Positions 18,178-25,202 of a stretch of DNA of 30,256 bases are shown here, in pieces. The stretch comes from Rhodospirillales bacterium. GTDB taxonomy: Bacteria; Pseudomonadota; Alphaproteobacteria; Rhodospirillales; Defluviicoccaceae. The position numbers were made by a program, and so were the translations under genes. The notes beneath the pieces are model-generated. The model did not search any database, was not told the DNA's origin, and saw only the letters and a program-made list of their open reading frames with translations. How positions within the stretch are numbered: the stretch's first letter is position 1; each line of letters opens with the position of its first letter. The stretch spans positions 1 through 30,256 of the forward strand of contig JAHCKI010000001.1 in the NCBI GenBank assembly GCA_026125865.1, given 5' to 3'.

Positions 18178-19179
18178 ATGCCCCGAAAACCTGACAAACG
18201 ACTCGGGCGGCCTTCAAAATCCGGCGCTTCCGAAACCAACGAGGAACCTCCATCGGCACCGCCGATCAACGAATTCGGTAGTGAATTCGCGATCGCCAAA
18301 AAGACGGAACAGCCAGCGATCATTCTGCACGCCTTGCATGTGCTCGACCGCCTCGCCGCCCTCCACTCGGAATGGCTGAAGCACTTTCATCTTCGGCTGC
18401 TGTCCGGCAAGGAAGGGGAGCCCCCGGAGAACACAGGCGAAAGGGACACCGTGGAGGATATTTGGTCAGCCGCGCGAACGGACCCGTATCTGCACGGAAA
18501 TCCCTTGTTCGTTCGGATCATCAGCGACCATCAGAGCCTGCTTGACCAGGCCGAGGCGATCGCACACACATCGCGCACCAGCGGCGAACTGCCGTTCGAA
18601 CAGTACACGCGGCTCATGGATGCCGTGCTGGAGATGTCCGGCAACCTCCGTCAGGTTCAGAACGATGCCTGGAATCTCGTCGCCAACGTCGACCCCCTGA
18701 CGGGGCTGGGTAACCGGCAAGCCATGTGGAAGCGCATTCGGATCGAGGCGGAACGCCACTCGCGCGGCGACCAGCCCTGCTGCGTCGCCATGGTGGATCT
18801 GGACGCCTTCAAGCCCATCAACGACCACTATGGGCATGTCGCCGGCGACCAAGTCCTGGAACGTGTCGCGGTTATGCTCGCCGCCGGTACCCGACCCTAC
18901 GATGCCGTTTTTCGCTTCGGTGGTGACGAATTTGTTCTTTGTCTGCCGAACGCGGACGTGGACGGTGCCTGGGCGATTCTCGAGCGCCTCCGCCATTCCA
19001 TCGCCGCTACCGCGATCACACTCGACAAGCACGGCGAAATTTCGTTGACCGTGTCCGTGGGTATCGCCTCGCTAGCCGGCGACCACGGCGCCGAATGCGC
19101 CGTCGAATACGCCGATCAGGCGCTATACGCCGCCAAACGAAGCGGCCGCAACCGCGTCTACATTTGGAATGGGAAGTAA
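18178..19179 (+). CDS. Diguanylate cyclase with DgcZ-like (CZB-like, degenerate) N-terminal helical domain
   Basis: DPLTGLGNR, MVDLDAFKPINDHYGHVAGD, RPYD I-site, RFGGDEF active site, ADQALYAAKRSGRNR. Start uncertain (ORF open from 18118). Confidence 0.92.
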   Translation: MPRKPDKRLGRPSKSGASETNEEPPSAPPINEFGSEFAIAKKTEQPAIILHALHVLDRLAALHSEWLKHFHLRLLSGKEGEPPENTGERDTVEDIWSAARTDPYLHGNPLFVRIISDHQSLLDQAEAIAHTSRTSGELPFEQYTRLMDAVLEMSGNLRQVQNDAWNLVANVDPLTGLGNRQAMWKRIRIEAERHSRGDQPCCVAMVDLDAFKPINDHYGHVAGDQVLERVAVMLAAGTRPYDAVFRFGGDEFVLCLPNADVDGAWAILERLRHSIAATAITLDKHGEISLTVSVGIASLAGDHGAECAVEYADQALYAAKRSGRNRVYIWNGK

Positions 19180-19209
19180 TATCCCCGTGCGATCCCTGAC
19201 AGCACTTTT

Positions 19210-19273
19210 CACGAAAAGAAGGGCCCTCCCGTAGTGTGCCTCGAGGGGGGAGAGTCAGGCAATCGGGAGGGCC
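19210..19273 (-). terminator. Putative intrinsic terminator of the kinase transcript, with C-rich loop
   Basis: 10-bp stem GGCCCTCCCG/CGGGAGGGCC (19222-19231/19264-19273) plus inner TGCCT/AGGCA stem, followed on the minus strand by CTTCTTTTC. Confidence 0.5.
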
Positions 19274-19377
19274 GAATTTGTGCAACGGAATGCACCTGGA
19301 TGCGAGGCGAATGGTGCAAGATTGAGCGATCCTCTACAACTACCAGAACTGGTAGGTTGCAGCCCATTCCACGACAC

Positions 19378-19397
19378 ACGGGATCTTATCCCGTTTT
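19378..19397 (+). terminator. Possible intrinsic terminator for the diguanylate cyclase transcript
   Basis: ACGGGAT-CTT-ATCCCGT stem followed by a short T run. Confidence 0.35.
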
Positions 19398-19400
19398 CGA

Positions 19401-20772
19401 TCAGCCACCGGGAAATGTGAGGGTGACGCGGAGGCCGGGGTGGTTGTCGCCAAGGTCGATGGTGGCGTCGTGGAGCCTGGATACGGCGGCAACCAGGCTC
19501 AAGCCTAAACCGGCTCCCGGTTTCGTTCGCGCCGATTCCAGTCGCACGAATCGCTCAAGGGCCCGCTTGCGTTCCGTCTCGGGGATACCGGGTCCGGTAT
19601 CGGCGACCACAAGAACGACGGCATGGTCGTTACGCACATCCACGTGGACGTCGACCGTGATCTCGCCGTTCCTCGGTGTGTGCTTGACGGCATTGTCAAG
19701 AAGGTTGGCGACCGCCTGGGCGAGCAACTGTCGTTGCCCGCGGATGCGAGCGAACGGCGCCGTCTGAACATCGAGGGTGATGTCCGCTTCCTCGGCCACG
19801 GGTTCATACAATTCGGCGGCGTCGCGTGCCAGCTCCGCCAAGTCCAGGGCCCAGGTCGGCGGATTGATGCCGGGCTTCGGCGACCGCGATATTGAGCAAG
19901 TTGTCGAAAACGGAAAGCGCCAGATCGGTTTGAACCAGGATGTCCGCCAAGGCTTCCCGGTCTTGGGACCGGTCCGGCGGATGGTGCAGGGCCAACTCGA
20001 TACGACTCTTCAGCCGGGTAAGGGGACTGCGCAGGTCGTGTGCCATGGCGTCGGTGGCGAGGCGCGTACCCGTCATCAAACGCTCGATTCGCCCGAGCAT
20101 GGCGTTCAGGCTATCGGCAAGTCGATCGAACTCGTCTCCGCTGCCCGATGTTTCCAAGCGTCGCGAAAGGTCACCGCCGGCAATCCGCCGCGCCGTGGTC
20201 GCCACCCGTTGCACCCGCCGCAACATCCGTTGGCTGATGGCGAAACCACCGACCAGTCCAAGGGCGATGGTGGCGACCAATGACCACCCGAGGGCCCGAA
20301 CGACGATGGCTCGGAACTTGTTCTTTTCGTACGTATCGCGTCCCACCAACAACCGGTGGCCGTCGGCCAGAAGGAAGGTTCGCGCAAGGACGTCGTGGGG
20401 GACGAGACGGCCTTCCTCTCGCTTTCTCAGGGCGATTTGCACCCATTCGCGACCATCCGGCGTGTCGGGCCAGTTTGACAGGTTGCCGGCCAGGGGGCGC
20501 TTCAGGGGATCCGTCAACAAATAGACGTTGTCGTCGTTGTCCTTCACCCGTTCGTGAATGACCAGAATGAGACGGCCCAGGCCCAGTTCCGAATATTGTT
20601 CCGCCAAGCCGCGGATTTCGGCCTCGATGGTGTCCGTCGTCTGCTGCTCGATGACGGCGACGGTGGCACCATAGATAAAGGTGAGAAGAAAGGTGACCGA
20701 GGTGGAGAACAATCCCGTGTAAAGGACCGTAATGCGGAACGCCGATGTGCGGATCAGGCTAGCGAGGCGCAC
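19401..20772 (-). pseudogene. HAMP sensor histidine kinase, frameshifted near 19845-19876 (pseudogene or sequencing error)
   Basis: Upstream frame (GTG 20772) has two TMs, HAMP and the H-box AHDLRSPL. Downstream frame has NLLDNAVKH, DTGPGIP, FVRL and GAGLGLSLV. The frames differ by one base and overlap. Confidence 0.85.
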
Positions 20773-21439
20773 GAAGCGCGTATCCGGCGCCGCGAACCGT
20801 ATGCAGCAACGGCGCATCGAAGCCCTTGTCGAGCTTGGCTCGCAGGCGACTGATGTGAACATCGATGACGTTGGTCTGGGGGTCGAAGTGGTAATCCCAA
20901 ACCCCTTCCAACAGCATCGTCCGCGTCACCACCTGACCGGCATGCCGCATCAGGTATTCCAACAACTTGAATTCGCGCGGCTGTAGGTCGATCGGCTTGC
21001 CGCCGCGCGTCACGGTGCGGGCAAGCAAATCCATTTCCAGATCGGCCACGGATAACTGCGTGGAGACTTTTTCCTCGGTACCCGACCGACGCGCCAGGGC
21101 CTCGATTCGCGCCAAGAGCTCAGAGAAGGCGAAGGGCTTGACGAGGTAATCATCGCCGCCGGCTTTCAGGCCGCGCACTCTGTCGTCCACCTTGCCGAGC
21201 GCGCTCAGAATCAATACCGGCGTGCCCACGTGGCAACCGCGCAAGGATTGGATCAAGGCCAAGCCATCCAGGCTCGGCAGCATGCGATCAACGATGAGCA
21301 CATCGTGTTCGCTCGCCAGGGCCATGTCCAGACCCTCGCGCCCATCCAACGCAAGATCCACGATGTGGCCGGTCTCCGTCAGACCCTTACGGAGGTAGTC
21401 GGCGGTTTGGCGATCGTCTTCAATGACTAGGACACGCAT
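20759..21439 (-). CDS. OmpR-family DNA-binding response regulator
   Basis: MRVLVIEDD, DVLIVDRMLP (phospho-Asp), GGDDYLVKPF, winged helix WDYHFDPQTNVIDVHISRLRAK, TVRGAGY; overlaps the kinase start. Confidence 0.95.
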   Translation of the reverse strand: MRVLVIEDDRQTADYLRKGLTETGHIVDLALDGREGLDMALASEHDVLIVDRMLPSLDGLALIQSLRGCHVGTPVLILSALGKVDDRVRGLKAGGDDYLVKPFAFSELLARIEALARRSGTEEKVSTQLSVADLEMDLLARTVTRGGKPIDLQPREFKLLEYLMRHAGQVVTRTMLLEGVWDYHFDPQTNVIDVHISRLRAKLDKGFDAPLLHTVRGAGYALRAPR

Positions 21440-21481
21440 GACGCAAGAATATAAACAACCGTTGCTCCCACGGAAGGGAGG

Positions 21482-21521
21482 AAAAATGCCCCGTTCCCGC
21501 GGGGGGTAACGGGAACGGGGC
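21482..21521 (-). terminator. Intrinsic terminator downstream of degP
   Basis: 12-bp perfect stem GCCCCGTTCCCG/CGGGAACGGGGC, 10-nt loop, followed by ATTTTT on the minus strand. Confidence 0.75.
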
Positions 21522-21572
21522 GATGTGGACGTCCATTTCTCAACCGCTATGGGGCGGCTGGATGTGGAGGGG

Positions 21573-23078
21573 CTAAACATCCGCCAGCCGAACGGCGACA
21601 AAACGGGATTTGCCGGTTCGTTCGATGAGAAGAAGGACGGCCCTGCGTTCGGTGGTTTTCGCTTGATCGACGATGTCGAGGAGGTCGGCTGGTGTCGAAA
21701 CGGGGCGTTGGTTGGCGACTGCGATCACGTCGCCGGGACGAAGACCTTTGCGCGCGGCGTCCGTCGCTTCGTCGACACCGACAATGACCACGCCATTGGC
21801 GCCGTCTTCGATGTCGAACCGCGACCGCGTGTTGTCGTCCAGCGGCGCAACCGTTATGCCCAGCTCAGCCAGTTGCCGACCACCGGCCTCGTCCGTCTGT
21901 GCGGCGGCGGTTTCGTTCGGGAGTCGACCCAGTTCGACCGACAGCGTCATTTGTTTGCCGCCGCGCCAGAGGTCGATGTCCTTTCTTTCACCCACGTCGG
22001 CACTTGCGACACTGCGGCTCAAATCGCGCGGTTCCTGGATATCCTGACCCGCAAACCGCAAGACGATGTCGCCGCGCTCAATGCCGGCCCGGGCCGCCGC
22101 GCTTTGGTCGGTGACCTGGGCGACGAGAGCACCGCGGGCCTCGCCGAGACCGAGTGTTTCGGCGATCTCCGGAGTGACCGGTTGAATCATGACCCCGAGA
22201 AAACCGCGTTCGACCACGCCCTTTTCCCTCAGCTCGGCCACCACCTGCGCGGCGATGTTGGAGGGGATGGCGAAACCAATCCCGACATTGCCGCCATTGG
22301 GACTGAAGATGGCGGTATTGACGCCGATCACCTCGCCGCTACCGTCGAACAACGGTCCGCCGGAGTTGCCGCGATTGATCGGCGCGTCAATCTGGATGAA
22401 GTCATCGTAGGGTCCTGAACCAAGATCACGGCCACGGGCGGAGACGATGCCGGCGGTCACGGTACCCTCAAGGCCGTAGGGATTGCCGACGGCGACCACC
22501 CAGTCCCCGACCCTGGTGTCGTCGGAATTGCCCCAGCGCACCACCGGCAGCGGTCCATCGCTCTCAACCTTGAGGACGGCGAGGTCCGTTTTCTCGTCGG
22601 TCCCGATGATCTTAGCGGCGACGGATCGGCCGTCCTTCAACGTAATCTGGATGTCGTCCGCTCCGCGAATCACATGGTTATTGGTGACGACGATGCCGGC
22701 CTGATCGATGATGAATCCGGATCCGGCCGCCTTGGCCGGCGGCATTGGATCGGTTTTTCCATGGGGTCCATTTGGCGCGCGATCGTGGAAGAACCGTTCG
22801 AAGAACTCCTTGAACGGCCCCTCCCCGAACTGGTCCGGCAAAGGCGTTGACGACCCTTCCATGGAATGACGCATCGGCGCACTGCCGGTTGCGGTGATTT
22901 GCACGACTGCCGGGCTCGCTTCCTCAATCAGGTCGGCAAAGCCTTCCGGTCCCGATCGTGCGGCGGCTTTCGGCGCCGCCAAAGGCGCGACGATGACGGA
23001 CCCGACCAGCAACACCGCTGCCAAGGCTTGGCGTTGACGTTTGAGGGGCCGGTAATAGGACACGAGTGGTGCGGTCAC
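21573..23078 (-). CDS. degP: Periplasmic serine endoprotease, Do/DegP (HtrA) family, two PDZ domains
   Basis: Triad motifs TNNHV, KTDLA, GNSGGP; RGFLGV PDZ. GTG 23078 follows AGAGGGAG and gives a signal peptide (basic N-region, hydrophobic core, KAAA). Confidence 0.9.
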   Translation of the reverse strand: MTAPLVSYYRPLKRQRQALAAVLLVGSVIVAPLAAPKAAARSGPEGFADLIEEASPAVVQITATGSAPMRHSMEGSSTPLPDQFGEGPFKEFFERFFHDRAPNGPHGKTDPMPPAKAAGSGFIIDQAGIVVTNNHVIRGADDIQITLKDGRSVAAKIIGTDEKTDLAVLKVESDGPLPVVRWGNSDDTRVGDWVVAVGNPYGLEGTVTAGIVSARGRDLGSGPYDDFIQIDAPINRGNSGGPLFDGSGEVIGVNTAIFSPNGGNVGIGFAIPSNIAAQVVAELREKGVVERGFLGVMIQPVTPEIAETLGLGEARGALVAQVTDQSAAARAGIERGDIVLRFAGQDIQEPRDLSRSVASADVGERKDIDLWRGGKQMTLSVELGRLPNETAAAQTDEAGGRQLAELGITVAPLDDNTRSRFDIEDGANGVVIVGVDEATDAARKGLRPGDVIAVANQRPVSTPADLLDIVDQAKTTERRAVLLLIERTGKSRFVAVRLADV

Positions 23079-23137
23079 GAAGCATCTCCCTCTGAGCAAG
23101 AACGAACACCCTGTCAGAGGAGACTGGCGCACCTCAC

Positions 23138-23164
23138 CTTACGTCCGCCTTACGGCCCCATTAC
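23138..23164 (-). promoter_or_regulatory. Three direct repeats with 11-bp period upstream of degP; candidate OmpR-family regulator site
   Basis: TTAC at 23139, 23150 and 23161 (minus strand GTAAT, GTAAG, GTAAG). Confidence 0.5.
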
Positions 23165-23253
23165 CTTTTGTTCATGTCGAGTACCGTCCATTTCGCGCAT
23201 GTCGGCCGCTGCATGGTGCGGCTGTTCCGGGATGCTGTGGGCGTTTCAGGCGC

Positions 23254-23412
23254 TCATGATTTCCAGGGAACCATGGGGCAAGGATAGTGGTCGTAGGTTC
23301 GCAGGCGCTGTTCGCAAGGTTCCCCTTCCTCGCGACCGCAAAGGAGGCATCGCTTCCGGTCCGGCACCGTGTTCGCCGCCTTCTCCTGCGGCTCCAAATC
23401 CCCATCGCTCAT
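23254..23412 (-). CDS. Candidate 52-aa Cys-rich small protein
   Basis: AGGAG 11 nt before ATG; MSDGDLEPQEKAANTVPDRKRCLLCGREEGEPCEQRLRTYDHYPCPMVPWKS; no homology recognised. Confidence 0.3.
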   Translation of the reverse strand: MSDGDLEPQEKAANTVPDRKRCLLCGREEGEPCEQRLRTYDHYPCPMVPWKS

Positions 23413-23668
23413 TTTAAAATCTACTCCTATGGCTTTCTTTGATCGGCTTCGATCAAAATAAATCGCAGTTAAAAATTTGGCTTTCAAAGCGGCTGTCGTT
23501 TCGTGCCGCCACGGTACGGCCCTCAAACCGTGGCGACCGATCGACTAAGAAATTGTTGGTTGCCCGCCTATCAGCGTCAAGGGAATCCTCGCGAATTCAT
23601 GACACATTCATAGAATTGCCCGTTTTTCGTTCATAGATCATGACGCACACCCCATCAAAGGGTGTCGC

Positions 23669-23720
23669 CGTCTTATCAAGACGAGACAAGCAGCACGTCT
23701 CTCCAAGACGAGACAGGCAG
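23669..23720. repeat. Tandem pair of 25-bp repeats, each containing a palindrome
   Basis: CGTCTTATCAAGACGAGACAAGCAG and CGTCTCTCCAAGACGAGACAGGCAG, 21/25 identical, 27-bp period. Confidence 0.7.
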
Positions 23721-23882
23721 AATACGAGAAACGGGTAACCACGGAGTGAACATGGCACTCTCACTCATCCCCTCATTTACGCCTGTGCTGCCATCATGGT
23801 GGTGACGGGTTTGTTTCGCAGTGGCTGTCTGAGAATTTTTCCATGAGCGGCCTGAGGCGGCCTTCGGGCATTGTGGGGATGA

Positions 23883-25202
23883 GGGCTTGTCAGGAAATAA
23901 TCGAATCGGGTTTGTTTTTTTGGTGAAAGTGGATTCCCGGTGGCGGCGAAATACCATATTTTGTGGTGATGATCGATGTGGAAGCCATACGGCAGCGGTA
24001 TGAGGCGGTTGCGCCGTTTCTTGATGAGCGCGGCCGGCGTCTGGTTGCGGCCTCGGAGGCAGTGGCGGCGGGCTATGGCGGGATAGCGGCGGTCACGCGG
24101 GCGACCGGGGTGGCGCCGAGCACGGTTGGCCGGGGTATCAAGGAGCTGGGGCGCGGTGCCGGCAGCGTGGCTTGCCGGGTTCGACGTCCGGGTGGCGGAC
24201 GCAAGACAACGGTTGCCAAGGACGCCACGCTGCTTTCGGATCTTGAGGCTCTGGTCGAACCGACGTCGCGCGGCGACCCGCAGTCGCCGCTGCGCTGGAC
24301 CTGCAAGAGCGTACGCCGGCTGGCGGCGGCGCTGCAGGCTCAGGGTCACCGGGTGAGCCATACCCTGGTGGGGGAGCTGCTCAAGGGTCTGGGCTTCAGC
24401 CTGCAAGGCAACCGCAAGGTCACGGAAGGCGACAGTCATCCTGATCGGGATGCCCAGTTTGCCTATATCAATGCCAAGGTGGGCGAGGCGTTGGCCGAGA
24501 ACCAGCCGGTGATCTCGGTCGACACCAAGAAGAAGGAGCTGGTCGGCGACTTCAAGAATGGCGGCCGCGAATACCGTCGGCACGGTGATCCGGAGGCGGT
24601 GCGGGTCCATGATTTCATGATCAAGGAGCTGGGCCGGGCGGTTCCCTATGGCGTCTACGACATCGCCGCCAACGCCGGTTGGGTGAGCGTCGGCATTGAC
24701 CACGACACCGCCGCCTTTGCGGTGTCCAGCATCCGCCGCTGGTGGCAATCGCTCGGCCGGGCGCGCTATCCGCACGCCACCCGGCTGCACATCACCGCCG
24801 ACGGCGGCGGCAGCAACGGCTCGCGGGTCCGGCTGTGGAAGCGTGAGTTGCAAAAGCTCGCCAATGAGATCGGCCTCGACATCGTCGTCAGCCACTTGCC
24901 GCCAGGGACCAGCAAGTGGAACAAGATCGAGCACCGCTTGTTCTCCTTCATTACCCAGAACTGGCGCGCCACGCCGCTCGTCAGCTACCAGGTCATCGTC
25001 CAGCTCATCGCCGCCACCACCACCAAGACCGGCCTCACCGTCCACTGCGAACTCGATACGGCTTCCTATCCCAGCGGCATCGCCGTCTCCGATGCTGAAA
25101 TGGCCGACCTCAATCTGACCCGCGCCGAATTCCACGGTGACTGGAACTACACCATCTCGCCCAAACCACCATAAGATCGCGCACTTATTGCCTTACAGTC
25201 CC
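23883..25202 (+). mobile_element. ISAzo13-family insertion sequence (1320 bp)
   Basis: 18-bp imperfect IRs GGGCTTGTCAGGAAATAA / GGGACTGTAAGGCAATAA (14/18); 3-bp duplication TGA at 23880-23882 and 25203-25205. Confidence 0.9.
23969..25174 (+). CDS. ISAzo13-family transposase
   Basis: RRPGGGRK, PLRWTCKS, PVISVDTKKKELVG, ITADGGGSNG, PPGTSKWNKIEHRLFS, FHGDWNYTI; ORF intact. Confidence 0.95.
   Translation: MIDVEAIRQRYEAVAPFLDERGRRLVAASEAVAAGYGGIAAVTRATGVAPSTVGRGIKELGRGAGSVACRVRRPGGGRKTTVAKDATLLSDLEALVEPTSRGDPQSPLRWTCKSVRRLAAALQAQGHRVSHTLVGELLKGLGFSLQGNRKVTEGDSHPDRDAQFAYINAKVGEALAENQPVISVDTKKKELVGDFKNGGREYRRHGDPEAVRVHDFMIKELGRAVPYGVYDIAANAGWVSVGIDHDTAAFAVSSIRRWWQSLGRARYPHATRLHITADGGGSNGSRVRLWKRELQKLANEIGLDIVVSHLPPGTSKWNKIEHRLFSFITQNWRATPLVSYQVIVQLIAATTTKTGLTVHCELDTASYPSGIAVSDAEMADLNLTRAEFHGDWNYTISPKPP

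Noticed and set aside
19275-19300. Possible sigma54 promoter on the minus strand
   Set aside because: GG-GC spacing is 11 nt rather than the required 10.
23669-23720. Possible mini-CRISPR array
   Set aside because: Only two units separated by 2 bp, no spacers and no cas genes.
23777-25135. 452-aa minus-strand ORF antisense to the ISAzo13 transposase
   Set aside because: Reverse-frame shadow of the GC-rich transposase with no motif. Only its last codons may correspond to the native IS4 tail.
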